From a plasmid: 64,000 nt of DNA. This document shows positions 1 to 10,051 of the stretch, piece by piece; within the stretch, counting starts at the first letter, position 1; the number at the start of each line of letters is the position of its first letter. The DNA lies in the sequence record NZ_CP033968.1, one strand, 5' to 3'. The notes under the pieces are model-generated. The model was not told the origin of the DNA, searched no databases, and saw only the letters and a program-made list of their open reading frames with translations. A program made the translations under genes and the position numbers.

Positions 1-310
1 CGACGCAGTGGACTTCCGTAAGAACATCAACGGCCTGGCACTGCTGGTCGAGCAGACGCTCGGGCTGGATCCGTTTGCATCGGCTGTATTTGTGTTCCGT
101 AACCAGCGGGCCGATCGCATCAAGATTCTCGGGTGGGATCGCAACGGCTTCTGGCTATTGTTGAAGCGATTGGAGGCGGACCGGTTTGCCTGGCCACGCG
201 AGGCGGCTGTGGCTACGCTGACGGTCGAACAGTTGCACTGGCTGCTCGAGGGAATCGACATCGAGGCGATGCGCCGGCACCCGCACCGAGAATACCATCG
301 CGCTGCGTGA
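1..310 (+). CDS. tnpB: IS66 Orf2/TnpB accessory protein (N-terminus cut by window edge)
   Basis: GLALLVEQTLGLDPFASAVFVFRNQRADRIKILGWDRNGFWLLLKRLE core typical of IS66 TnpB; 32 nt upstream of tnpC. Confidence 0.8.
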   Translation, partial: DAVDFRKNINGLALLVEQTLGLDPFASAVFVFRNQRADRIKILGWDRNGFWLLLKRLEADRFAWPREAAVATLTVEQLHWLLEGIDIEAMRRHPHREYHRAA

Positions 311-341
311 ACGCTGTTTGGCGGCAGCGGTCTAACCCGCC

Positions 342-1931
342 ATGCCATCCACGCCCGTCACCGTTACCGCCGCCGAGCTGCAACTGTTGCGAGACGCCGA
401 GCGCGAGCTCAAGGCAATACTCGCGGAACGCGAGGCAATCAAGGGCGAACTGCGTGTGATGACGGTCCAGCGAGACCTGCTCTTGGAACAGCTCAAGGCG
501 TTTCAGCGTAAGCTGTTCGCCGCAAAGAGCGAGGCGCGAGGCTCGGAGCAGAAGGACTTGTTCCTCAATGAGGCCGAGGCCTTGGCGACGGCGGCCGCGC
601 AGCCGGCGCAGGAAGAAGAAGGTACGCCCGAGACCGAAGTGGCCGGACACAAACGCAAGAAGCGCGGCCGCAAGCCGCTCGACCCGGCGCTGCCCCGTGT
701 CGAGGTTCGTCACGAACTACCCGAATCGGAACGCGTCTGCCCCCTCGATGGCCAGGCTCTGGTCGAGATTGGCGTCGAGGTCAGCGAACAGCTCGACATC
801 GTGCCGCAGCAGGTCCGCGTGATCCAGCACCAGCGGGTCAAGTACGCCTGCCCATGCTGCGACGGCGGCATCAAGACGACGCCGGCACCGGCGCGCATTA
901 TTCCCAAGGGACTCCTTACCGAATCGGCGCTGGCCTGGTGCATCACCTCGAAGTATCAGGATGGCCTGCCGCTGTACCGCCAGGCAGCGCTGCTGCATCG
1001 CTTCGGCGGGGACCTCTCTCGCGGCACCCTGGCCGCAAGCATAGTGCGAGTAGGCCAGGCGGTGCAGCCAATCATCAACCTGCTGCGTGACCATCTGCTG
1101 GAAGCAGACGTCGTGTACGGTGACGAGACAACGGTACAGGTGCTCAAGGAGCCCGGCAGGCCTGCCCAGAGAAAGAGCTTCCTATGGGCGCAGATGAATG
1201 GCACAGGGCCGCCGGTACGGTTGTTTGCCTATAGCCCGACACGCGAGACAAAGCAGGCTACGGCTCTCTATGCCGGCATCAAGCCTGGGGCGGTGTTGAT
1301 GACCGACGGCTATGCACCATACGACGACGTCGCAAACACCTATCAGTTGGTGCATCTCGGATGCTGGGCACACGCGCGCCGCTACCTGGTCGAGGCGGAG
1401 CAAGCCTTGCCCAAGGACAAGCGCCCCGACCACCCGGTCACCGGATTCCTGCAGCGCATCGGCAAGCTGTTTGCCATCGAAAGCCACACGCTCAAGATGA
1501 AGCCGGAACAACGGCAGCAGGTTCGCGCCGAACAAAGCCAGCCGCTGCTGGCCGAGATCGAAACGATGCTGCTGCAACATCTGCATACCGTGCTGCCGCA
1601 AAGCCTGTTCGGCAAGGCGCTGCACTACCTGCATGGGCAGTGGCCAAAGCTCGTGCGCTACATCGAGAACGGAACCTGGCCGATCTCGAACAATCCCTGC
1701 GAGAACGCGATTAGGCCATTCGTGATCGGACGGAGAAACTTCCTCTTCTGCGACACCGTGGCCGGTGCCAACGCTAGCGCAAGTCTTTACTCGCTGGTGG
1801 AAACCTGCAAGGCCAACGACGTCGATCCGTATCAGTATCTCGTTGCCTTGTTCAAGGCGTTGCCACACGCACAGACCGCCGACGACTACGAGGCTCTGCT
1901 GCCCTGGAGGCTCAAGCCCTCAACCGTCTAG
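342..1931 (+). CDS. tnpC: IS66-family transposase TnpC/Orf3
   Basis: 529 aa. N-terminal coiled-coil/leucine zipper, Cys cluster (CPLDGQ...CPCCDGG), central DDE-type region (YGDETTVQVL, MTDGYAPY, GCWAHARRY) and C-terminal IS66 domain. Confidence 0.9.
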   Translation: MPSTPVTVTAAELQLLRDAERELKAILAEREAIKGELRVMTVQRDLLLEQLKAFQRKLFAAKSEARGSEQKDLFLNEAEALATAAAQPAQEEEGTPETEVAGHKRKKRGRKPLDPALPRVEVRHELPESERVCPLDGQALVEIGVEVSEQLDIVPQQVRVIQHQRVKYACPCCDGGIKTTPAPARIIPKGLLTESALAWCITSKYQDGLPLYRQAALLHRFGGDLSRGTLAASIVRVGQAVQPIINLLRDHLLEADVVYGDETTVQVLKEPGRPAQRKSFLWAQMNGTGPPVRLFAYSPTRETKQATALYAGIKPGAVLMTDGYAPYDDVANTYQLVHLGCWAHARRYLVEAEQALPKDKRPDHPVTGFLQRIGKLFAIESHTLKMKPEQRQQVRAEQSQPLLAEIETMLLQHLHTVLPQSLFGKALHYLHGQWPKLVRYIENGTWPISNNPCENAIRPFVIGRRNFLFCDTVAGANASASLYSLVETCKANDVDPYQYLVALFKALPHAQTADDYEALLPWRLKPSTV

Positions 1932-1982
1932 CGGATACCGCCGGCGGCCGCAAGGGGCGCCCTTAAAAGACCGCTTACGGAC

Positions 1983-2624
1983 GTGTTCGGCGTCGAGCCG
2001 CCTTCCGACGAATGGCGTGCAGAGGCGTGGCGAGACTACCCTGCCCCGATCATCCGCGCCGGCGACCACGGCCAACGGGAATGCGTGCTGGCAGGTTTTG
2101 GGATGGTGCCCAAAGCGGAGATAAAGCGGCGCAATGAGGAGACGATGCAACGGACTGGCGCTCCCCCAAAGGTGCGGGACTACGACACCATGAACGCCCG
2201 CTTGGAAACCATTGGCAAGCTCCAGTCGTTTGCAAAGTACTGGCGTGAATGCCGGCTCGCGCTTGTGGGGGCCACCGCTGTGTATGAGCCCTGCTGGGAG
2301 ACAGGCAAGGCCGTGCGGTGGCGTATCGGGCTACCTGATGGCGAGCCCTTCGCCATTGCCGGCTTGTGGCGCGATTGGCCGGACGGCTCGGCCACCTTCA
2401 CGATGCCAACGGTTGCGGCCGAAACCCATGCTCTCATGCGGCGCATGCACGCGCCAGGCAAAGAGAAACGCAGCGTAGTGATCTTGCCTCGCGACGAGTG
2501 GGATGATTGGTTGAACTGCCGCGATCCGGAACTCGCCCGCAGCTTCCTGCGGCTCTATCCGGCTGATGCCATGGTGGCCGAGGCAGCACCGGCACCACCG
2601 CGCAAGAAAGCCGTCGAGGCCTAG
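1983..2624 (+). pseudogene. SRAP (SOS-response-associated peptidase, YedK/DUF159) gene, 5'-truncated by the IS66 insertion
   Basis: AIAGLWRDW, TFTMPT and RMHAPGKEKRSVVILP regions align to SRAP family. The ORF begins with GTG 3 nt after the IS right end and lacks the invariant N-terminal MCGR (catalytic Cys2). Confidence 0.55.
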
Positions 2625-3082
2625 AGCGTGGGCCACTCGATTTTCTCTTGGGGCCCAGTCTCGTCCTCCCAGGAGATCTTCACCTGGAACTTCCGTTCCG
2701 CGAGCCCTAGATGGGCAGTTGCAATCAGGTCCACCCCGCACTGTGGTTCCAGCCGCTCCAGCGGGAACGTGCTGCGCACCTGTGACTCGACCAGAATGCT
2801 ATTGCCGTCCACGAACTCGATGCGTACGTTCCTGGCAGCGGCCCGTCCCCGGTTGAAGACCTTGAAGCGCCTGTCGTTGGAACCGCGCATGGCAAACGCA
2901 GTGCTCACGTCAGCCTTTTTCTCTGCCGCTGCTTCCGCCTCCTCTCTGGCCAGCAGACGCTCGTTCAGCAACTTCTGGCTCTGATTGACACCCTTCTGCC
3001 GATGGTTGAAGAGCACCGACGCGCCCGTACCGACAACGGAAACGATCAGCGCCGCGGCTGCGATGAAGTCGCTCTCAGTCAT
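2621..3082 (-). CDS. hypothetical membrane-anchored protein (N-terminal TM helix, coiled-coil, C-terminal beta-rich domain)
   Basis: 153 aa ORF. Hydrophobic N-terminus AAALIVSVVGTGASVLF. Start overlaps stop of upstream gene by 4 nt (operon). Confidence 0.5.
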   Translation of the reverse strand: MTESDFIAAAALIVSVVGTGASVLFNHRQKGVNQSQKLLNERLLAREEAEAAAEKKADVSTAFAMRGSNDRRFKVFNRGRAAARNVRIEFVDGNSILVESQVRSTFPLERLEPQCGVDLIATAHLGLAERKFQVKISWEDETGPQEKIEWPTL

Positions 3083-3387
3083 TTCAGCTTGAACCCCGAG
3101 CCCTTGAAGATGTTGGCGATCTCTTTCTTGATGTCAGCCACTACCTCTGCCTTCACCTCATCTACATGGGCTTGTATGTGAGCACCGTTCTCGCTCACCA
3201 GGTTCTCGCGGGAAATCTCACGTCCGCAACGCGTGCACTTCAGCAGCTCCGGAACTGGCGCGTTCTCGATGCTGGCGAAGTCAGTGCCGCCACATGTGGG
3301 GCACTGCAGTTGGACTGTCCTGTCGTACTTTCCCTCTTGCAACATTTCTGATCCCTCTGTGGTGTAGTTCATTGGCCAGCACGGCAC
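3079..3387 (-). CDS. hypothetical zinc-ribbon protein
   Basis: 102 aa. Two CxxC pairs (CPTCGG ... CTRCG); translationally coupled to 2621..3082. Confidence 0.5.
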   Translation of the reverse strand: MPCWPMNYTTEGSEMLQEGKYDRTVQLQCPTCGGTDFASIENAPVPELLKCTRCGREISRENLVSENGAHIQAHVDEVKAEVVADIKKEIANIFKGSGFKLK

Positions 3388-3548
3388 TAAACCACACCAG
3401 AAGGTACGTGGCAGGCACTTGCTCGACAGCTCCCTGTCCGAGCTGCTTCTGCTCGTTGGTCGACCTCGTCAGATTCACCCGCCTAGATCAAAGCCGGCAC
3501 GGCTCGTCAAGTGCCTGACGTTCCACATCGTCCTCCCCGGCGCGATCA

Positions 3549-3593
3549 GTTCTATATGGTATTGCGTCGTTTTTTCCACTCACACCATATAGA
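3549..3593. promoter_or_regulatory. Inverted repeat TTCTATATGGT-N23-ACCATATAGAA upstream of parA; candidate ParA/ParB autoregulatory operator or promoter
   Basis: Perfect 11-bp inverted arms about 85 bp upstream of the parA start. ParA has an N-terminal HTH extension typical of autoregulating type Ia ParA. Confidence 0.4.
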
Positions 3594-3677
3594 ACGTGAC
3601 GTTTTTCCTTGCCCCGCTACCATCTAGCCCCTAGAATCGGCTCAAACTGCATTTTGTGACGTTTCATACTTGGAGGG

Positions 3678-4808
3678 TTGCCTATGACCGCAACTGAGGT
3701 AGAAATCGATCCCTATCCCTATACGGACTTTGCGAGCCTGGCTTACCCGCCTCAGTTTGCTGCCGAAGCACTAGGGGTTAGCCCACAAACACTCAAGATC
3801 ATCGAACGCGACAACGACCTGAAGATTTCTCGGGTGCCCCGGGGGTCGGTCGAAGTCCGCAACTACTCGCTGAACGATATCTTTCAGATCGCGCGAATTC
3901 GGCGAGAGAGCAAGCACATCAAGGGCTTCACGCGGCCCATCACCATTTCGGTCTTCGTCCCGAAGGGCGGTACCGCGAAAACCACCACCACTTGCAACCT
4001 GGCCATTCAGTTTTCCCTGATGGGTTTGAAGGTGCTGGTGATCGACAATGATCAGCAAGCTGACGTGTCGACCATGATGGGCTATGACCCTGACCTTACG
4101 GCGGAAGAACTCATTGACATGGGTATCCCTGGCGAAAGGTCCATCAATGGGCACATCGGCAACCTGATGCGCGTTGGCAACTTCTACCAACCGATGTCGC
4201 TTGAAGAGGTCGTCAAGAAGCCCTTTGGTGAGCACGGCCCGCACCTGATCCCTGCGGAAGACTCGTTGGACGATATGGACTCTGCTCTGCGCAGCGCCAA
4301 TGGCTCGGACTTCCGCTATTCGCTGTTCTTCGAGCAGGCTCGCACTGGCGCCCTGCCCCACTGCAACTTGTCCAGCTATGACGTGATCATCATGGACAAC
4401 GCACCAGCGGGTTCGCTGCTTTCCCGAAACTCGATGGTGGCTGCGGACTTCCTGATCTGCCCGATTCGCATGGACAAGTTCTCATTCCGGGCACTCTCCC
4501 GTCTCGCGTTCCGGCTGGGTGAGTTCGCCAAGGATTTCAAGCGTGCGCCGGAGATTGTCGCGATCCCCACGATGTACGTTCGCAACCGGCCGCGCGTTGA
4601 ACGGAACATGGCCAGCCTCATCAGCCTGTTTCCCGGTAAGGTGACTGAGAGCCGCTTGTACCATTCGGAGGACTACTCCAAGAGCCTCGAGGACGGCGTT
4701 CCGCTGTCGCTCTGGCGCACCGGCACTGAAAATTCGCTCGGGGCAATGCGGGAAGTCTTCGAGGAGTTGGTCGCGCGCATCCGCGCAGTTACGGAGGTCG
4801 CTAAATGA
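3678..4808 (+). CDS. parA: Type Ia partition ATPase ParA (SopA/P1-ParA-like, N-terminal HTH extension)
   Basis: Deviant Walker A KGGTAKTTTT, ParA/MinD fold motifs (VLVIDNDQQAD, IIMDNAPAG). About 95-aa N-terminal extension with HTH-like FAAEALGVSPQTLKIIER. Confidence 0.85.
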   Translation: MPMTATEVEIDPYPYTDFASLAYPPQFAAEALGVSPQTLKIIERDNDLKISRVPRGSVEVRNYSLNDIFQIARIRRESKHIKGFTRPITISVFVPKGGTAKTTTTCNLAIQFSLMGLKVLVIDNDQQADVSTMMGYDPDLTAEELIDMGIPGERSINGHIGNLMRVGNFYQPMSLEEVVKKPFGEHGPHLIPAEDSLDDMDSALRSANGSDFRYSLFFEQARTGALPHCNLSSYDVIIMDNAPAGSLLSRNSMVAADFLICPIRMDKFSFRALSRLAFRLGEFAKDFKRAPEIVAIPTMYVRNRPRVERNMASLISLFPGKVTESRLYHSEDYSKSLEDGVPLSLWRTGTENSLGAMREVFEELVARIRAVTEVAK

Positions 4809-5914
4809 AACAATCCCGACGCCTCGGCCACGATGCAGCACGGCCGCCAGCCGCTGAGGCCCCGCCTCAGCATATCCAGGGGGTTGTCGTACCCGCGGAG
4901 ATGCCATCGGCCAATCTGAATCGGCCGATGTCGGAGATTCTGCGCGAGCAGGGAATCTTGGACGAAGATCCGCTTGCCCCCCCTCCCCCGCTGCAGAGCA
5001 CGCCGGCACCAGCTGCTGCACCCACTCCGAGTCCTTCGCCTCGGACAGCTCCCGTCTCTGGGGGTGCATCGGGGGTTTCGCCCCCCCCGAAGGCCCTTCA
5101 CATCCCCATTGGGTCCCAGCAGATGTTGCCGATGGACCAGATTGATGTCAGCCCACATCAGCCTCGGCTCGTCTTTGATCAAGACGCCCTTGCTTCGCTG
5201 ACAAGCACCATTGATCTCGTTGGGCTGAACAATCCGATTACCGTCCGACGCAAGGATGACGGTCGTTTTGAGCTCATTGCCGGCGAGCGTCGCTTCAGGG
5301 CGTTCCAACTGAAGCATGAGGCATATATTCCAGGCTTTGTCCGTGATCTTGGCGAGAAGGAAGCCGCGATCCTCGCAATGACGGACAACGATGCCCGGGA
5401 AGACCTGTCTGATTTCGAACGAGCCCTGGGCTATCAGCGATTGCTGAAGTTGGGGCATTGCCTCAACCAAATGGATATCTCCCGGTGTGTCGGTCGAAGC
5501 ATGGCCACCGTCAGTCGGTGCTTGGCTTACTTCAAGTTGCCGCAGGTAGTGATTGACATGCTCATGCAGAGGCCGGGGCTGATTGGCACTAAGGTTGTGG
5601 CTGATTTCGTCGCGTTCCATGAGCAGGGCTGCACCGAGCTGGTGATAGCGGCCGTTGTTAAGGTAGAAAAGGGCATGTCCCAGGAGAATGCCTTGAACTG
5701 GCTGAAGGCCGAGGCCCGGAAGCTCACGAACCCCGCGGCTGTCGTGATCCCACGCCGCCTGCAGATGTCCGGGAAACCGGTCGCTGACGCCAAGATCGAC
5801 GGGCGGAACCTCATTCTGAAGTGTCCGAAAGACGTCAATCCGGAGCTGCTACTCCGTACGATCGAGAAATTCCTCTCCGAGGCTGCAGCGGATGACCTTG
5901 ACGAGGCAGCATAG
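4805..5914 (+). CDS. parB: Partition protein ParB (ParB/Srx N-terminal domain)
   Basis: NPITVRRKDDGRFELIAGERRFRAF ParB box. Proline/alanine-rich N-terminal linker. Start overlaps parA stop (ATGA). Confidence 0.8.
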   Translation: MKQSRRLGHDAARPPAAEAPPQHIQGVVVPAEMPSANLNRPMSEILREQGILDEDPLAPPPPLQSTPAPAAAPTPSPSPRTAPVSGGASGVSPPPKALHIPIGSQQMLPMDQIDVSPHQPRLVFDQDALASLTSTIDLVGLNNPITVRRKDDGRFELIAGERRFRAFQLKHEAYIPGFVRDLGEKEAAILAMTDNDAREDLSDFERALGYQRLLKLGHCLNQMDISRCVGRSMATVSRCLAYFKLPQVVIDMLMQRPGLIGTKVVADFVAFHEQGCTELVIAAVVKVEKGMSQENALNWLKAEARKLTNPAAVVIPRRLQMSGKPVADAKIDGRNLILKCPKDVNPELLLRTIEKFLSEAAADDLDEAA

Positions 5915-5921
5915 CCGCCTC

Positions 5922-6826
5922 GATTTCACCGTGAAAAGCCCGCGCAAATGACGCGGGCTTTTTTTGCTCTCGACCAACTCTCCGGGCCGCCTAGAGCGCG
6001 AGAGCATTCACGGTATCCCAGCCCGGAACGGGCTTGGCCTGTCCTGCGGGCGCGGGGACTGCGCAGCGGCGAACTTACGACAACGCCCCCGGGGGGATTC
6101 GCGAGAGATTTCACCGTGAAAACTGGTTGGATCACCGCCAGCATTTCGCGCCCGAATTCTACCCAGCGTTTTCACGGTGAAATCTGCGCCGGCGCCAACT
6201 AGGGCGGGCGTTGCCCACGCGAATTGGGCCCACTTCAAATAACTCGCTCATGGGAGCGTCGCGGTGAAGATTCGCTGACAGGCCACCCCAGGTGCATACG
6301 CGCCCAGCGGCTAGATTTTCACGGTGAAAACTGCCACGGCGGCTACTCAGCTGGACGCTGCCAACGCCTTGTCCCGGAAGCGGAAATGCCGGCAGGCCTT
6401 TATGTGGATGCGCTCCTCGATCTTTCACGGTGAAAAGCGCCAGGTAGCCCTCGCTGCGCAATCGTCCAGCGGCGTGGTTTTCACGGTGAAATCCCAACGT
6501 TGATGGCCCCCTCAACGTCTCAAAAGCATCACCGTCCTTGGTGCGAGCGGAGCTTTTTCACCGTGAAAAGTCAATGGTCGCTCAATCGGCGCCTGCGGTC
6601 AGGAAGCAATTTCAAGCCTGCCGTCAGCATTCAGGGGCGAGGACGCACGAGCCTACGCCAGGCTGGTCTTCGACGAAACCGCTCGGCGCGTTGCATTCCC
6701 AGCCAAGGCGCGCTAGGAGAACGCCCAGTCTCTGCGCATTGCGCAGAGCGCACTACACATTGCGTACTCTGTGCGTCATCGCGTTTTCACCGCGAAACCA
6801 GCGGCATCACAATTTTCACGGTGAAA
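5922..6826. repeat. Array of ~9 copies of the 13-bp palindrome TTTCAC(C/G)GTGAAA downstream of parB; candidate parS centromere
   Basis: Copies at ~5924, 6108, 6169, 6316, 6422, 6478, 6556, 6783 (degenerate), 6813. Arms TTTCAC/GTGAAA are inverted repeats around a single central base. Resembles the chromosomal parS core (tGTTtCACGTGAAACa) with one inserted base. Overlapping ORFs are spurious. Confidence 0.6.
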
Positions 6827-7168
6827 ACGAACGCGATCGCCGGCCGGGCATTAGGAATACCATACAACTATTGCTACGTGTTATGTATCGCTATTGTGAG
6901 AAACGAGGAGCTAGTTGCAGTTCGCAAATGGCAGGAGAGCACACTGGGCACTTCTCCGAGCACTAGCCATTCGGTCAAACGTGATCATCGCGAGATTGGA
7001 TATCGGCTTGCCGAGGTTGCACTCAGCAGGACACCAAGAATGAACACCGGGAATTTCGAGAAAGAGGCGGGAGGTTTCGTGCCTCGCGTAGGGAAGCACT
7101 AGCAAGCTCGACGAGCTCAACCGCGCGCACTCTGGCGGCGGTCTTTCGCATGTATTGAGGAGGGCAGG

Positions 7169-8527
7169 TCAGGCAGCCTTCTGTTCCTCTGCCTGTCGCT
7201 TCACGTATTGGGCCAGTTCGACCTTCAGTGCCTTACGAGCCATGATTGCCGCCTCATCCGGCCTAGCCTTTACCTTCTGCCGCCGCGCAGCCATCTGGAA
7301 CGTAGTCTCCTTGTACAGTCCATCAAGGACAGCAAGTCGTTCGTCGTCCGTCATCGAGGCGAAGATAGCCAGACCTTCTTCGATATCGCGCTCAAGATTG
7401 CGCGCAAACTCGATCTCAGCGACCGGTACCATTGGCTTACTCGGGACTGCTTCGGCTGGGCTACCAAACGCCGCCTCGCGCTCCATTTCGCTAAGTGCCC
7501 AACCCTCTTTGATCGCGGTCATTAGGTAGGCACCAGGCGATTTCACCCCTCCAACTTTGACTCGGTACCTCACGAGCTCAATCGCCGCACGGATTCGCTC
7601 ATCCGTGTTCACTTCGCGATTGCTGATGATCTCATTGATCTGCCTGGTGCTCAGCCCAAAGCCCTTAACGAGAGTCTCATACAGATCCTTCAGCTCATGT
7701 GGTTGCGCAAAGTCCAGAACGAGCTTGCCCTCTGCGTTGTCCCTAAGCTTGAATCGAATCGCCGCAACGCGTCGCGAACCCTGCGCGGTCTTCGTTTCGT
7801 ACTCAACGTAGAGATCGGTCAGTTCATTGATTTGGGCAATGTTCTTATCCAGAACCAACCGCTTGAACTGCTTGTACTCGGTGAGTGATTTGACCGCGTC
7901 AGCATTGACCCACTTCCTGACCTCTTCGATCGGAAGCCAGTTCGTAGTCCCCATGAATCGAAGGGCGCCCAAACGCTCATACAGGATGTACGCGTACTGG
8001 CTGAGTGCCGCAGACATGCGCAAGGATAGATAGGTATAGCGCTTCGGATCTTTGAGTTGTCGACGGATCATCTCGTCGACCTTGAACACAACGCGCCCGC
8101 CTGCGATCCCTACAGAACCAAGAAGCGGCACTGACACCCATTGCGGGTCGCCGCCGCCCTTGCGCTCAACAGAGACTTGAACCGATGAGCTCTGGCACTC
8201 GCGCAGGGCCTTCTTGAGGTGCGCGACGTTGTTCGATGTTTCGAACTTAGCGAGCCATTTGAAGTAGCCGAGCTCGATATCGTAATGCTCAAGATCCGGG
8301 TTCTCCGACACCGTGAGCCACAACGCATTGATGGCCCGCCTTGCCACGAGGGACATAGGGGTGACGTCAATCAGAACATTGGTTTTGCGGTACCCAATGT
8401 CGCGCGTGGATTCAGTGATTGCGGTACTAGGCCCGAGCTCCTCGCGGACAGCGTTGAAGATATCGAAACCCAGCTGCTCCTGGATGTTTTTTGGGAGATT
8501 AGACATGGCAGAGTGCGCCCAATGCAC
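7169..8527 (-). CDS. repA: Plasmid replication initiator protein (RepA/TrfA-like, winged-helix)
   Basis: 452 aa, basic, between parS array and iteron/DnaA-box field. Sequence character consistent with RPA-family initiators; no closer family assignment possible without a search. Confidence 0.65.
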   Translation of the reverse strand: MHWAHSAMSNLPKNIQEQLGFDIFNAVREELGPSTAITESTRDIGYRKTNVLIDVTPMSLVARRAINALWLTVSENPDLEHYDIELGYFKWLAKFETSNNVAHLKKALRECQSSSVQVSVERKGGGDPQWVSVPLLGSVGIAGGRVVFKVDEMIRRQLKDPKRYTYLSLRMSAALSQYAYILYERLGALRFMGTTNWLPIEEVRKWVNADAVKSLTEYKQFKRLVLDKNIAQINELTDLYVEYETKTAQGSRRVAAIRFKLRDNAEGKLVLDFAQPHELKDLYETLVKGFGLSTRQINEIISNREVNTDERIRAAIELVRYRVKVGGVKSPGAYLMTAIKEGWALSEMEREAAFGSPAEAVPSKPMVPVAEIEFARNLERDIEEGLAIFASMTDDERLAVLDGLYKETTFQMAARRQKVKARPDEAAIMARKALKVELAQYVKRQAEEQKAA

Positions 8528-8559
8528 TAAGAGACTGCCGTAATATCTCCGTAATGGTG

Positions 8560-9945
8560 TAATGAGTCAAGTATACGATTGCACCTTTGCGCAACACCGT
8601 TGCCAAGAGGCACCAATCAATGACACCGTCGAACCAACTGATGCCACCATGACTGAGCGCCACTCCCCGGAAACCTAGACTGGGCGCGCCTTTCCGGGAT
8701 ATACGCACATCAAGCCAACGGTTAACACCTTCCACCAATTCATTGCACCTTGGCACCAATGGATAGCACCGTAGGAAGCCAATTTCTTACACCTTTGCGG
8801 CCCAATGCGGTACACCAATCCCCCAACAGATATCACCTTGGCACCAACAGTTAACACTTTGCTGCTCGTAAGCCATTGAATTATTTAAGCAAAACGAGAC
8901 CCGTATACGTTGGTTGGTTTACGTAAACAAAGCTGCTAGCTCTCCGCAGAAAAATGCGGAACGTCAAAACCACCGGTACTTATCCACAGCCATCGGCACT
9001 TGCCGCTTCGTCACCGCGACCGCTATCGCAGTACGGTGCAATCTGTTGGACCGCAATGAGCTCCGCCACACAGAGATGCAATCAACTCGACGCAACCCTC
9101 CCTCTCTAAACCCCATGGTGCAATCAGTTGGTCCGCAATCTTCCATATCGGTATGGGTGCAATGTATTGGCCCGCAAAGCCCCAGGGGGAAAGGTGCAAT
9201 GTATTGGCCCGCAAAATCGGCGTTCACTTGCCGCTATGGTGCAACGTATTGGTCCGCAAGAGACTGGGCACATGGTGCAGTCAATTGGTCCGCAGAGTAC
9301 CTCTCAACGACATGGTGTAGTTTATTGGTCCGCAAACGGACTCTCTACCATGGTGCAATGAATTGGCCCGCAGGGGGCTAGAACCGATAGCGCAGTTCTT
9401 TAGTCCGCAGAAACCCTAGCGCGTCATGGGCCCGCTACCCCCAGGCAATATGGTGTATCTGATTGGTCCGCAACCGCACGAGTACCGGCTATGGTGCAGT
9501 CGATTGGTCCGCAACCATGGCGAATCAGCGGCGTTAGCAGCTCTGCGCAGGCTCAAACACGCGCAAGGTGGCATCCGTTGGTCCGCAAAATGTGAGGACA
9601 AATAAGCACTCGCCTCGAAAGGTGCAATGACTTGGTCCGCAAAGATTGGCCACTGATTCCAGCATCTCTTACAGCACCTGCACTGCGCAAAGGTGCAATG
9701 GTTTGGTCCGCAATTTCTCCCAGCGGGGTTCAACCGGCAAGGTTATGACAACAATTAGCGAGATCTAGCGATAGGAAGCACTCACTAAAGCTCCGCAAAT
9801 TGCGCCACGGTCCACCAAACCGTTACACCTTGCCCGCGGGAGCGGGCTTTGCGGTCCAAAACGCATCACCCTAGGTAGTGCTCCATGGGGCACCTCCGCA
9901 AACTTTTGCGGGTCTGCGGGCCAAATCGTTACACCTTTCACCGCT
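8560..9945. repeat. oriV-like iteron field: 12 direct copies of ~22-bp GGTGCAATnnnTTGGTCCGCAA plus at least 5 inverted/degenerate copies
   Basis: Direct copies at ~9115, 9154, 9193, 9237, 9273, 9313, 9351, 9451, 9492, 9567, 9620, 9690 (first seven at ~39-40-bp spacing). Inverted copies at ~9803, 9849, 9915 and degenerate inverted copies at 8560-8870. Immediately upstream of repA. Confidence 0.6.
8980..8988 (+). promoter_or_regulatory. Consensus DnaA box TTATCCACA next to an AT-richer stretch (8870-8940, candidate DNA unwinding element)
   Basis: Exact 9-mer match to the DnaA box consensus, located between repA and the iterons. Confidence 0.4.
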
Positions 9946-10051
9946 GCCGCGAGGCGTAGACAGCCTGGAGCATCAGTACGCGGGGAGGGCGAGTTCCGGA
10001 TCAGATCTTTGCTTGCCTGTCGGCTGAATGGAGGGGCGGAACACGTTTCTC

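Larger units (their letters stand above)
1..1979 (+). mobile_element. IS66-family insertion sequence, 3' portion (partial tnpB, tnpC, right terminal repeat); left end lies outside the window
   Basis: TnpB-like and TnpC-like ORFs in IS66 order. GGGGCGCCCTTAAAAGACCGCTTAC at ~1955-1979 is the reverse complement of the IS66-type terminal repeat GTAAGCG... Confidence 0.8.

Noticed and set aside
213-1868. Antisense ORFs inside the IS66 tnpB/tnpC genes (213..713, 717..1094, 1182..1868)
   Set aside because: Shadow ORFs of well-supported transposase genes.
1983-2624. Calling the SRAP-like ORF an intact gene
   Set aside because: It lacks the N-terminal Met-Cys2 nucleophile conserved in all SRAP/YedK proteins and begins 3 nt from the IS66 terminal repeat, so truncation is more likely.
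4673-5620. 315-aa minus-strand ORF opposite parB
   Set aside because: Antisense to a gene with a clear ParB box; GC-rich shadow.
5926-7120. ORFs of 69-200 aa on both strands across the parS-like array (e.g. 6159..6515, 6500..7102)
   Set aside because: They run through the TTTCACSGTGAAA repeats, have no RBS, and have low-complexity Arg/Ser-rich translations typical of GC-rich non-coding DNA.
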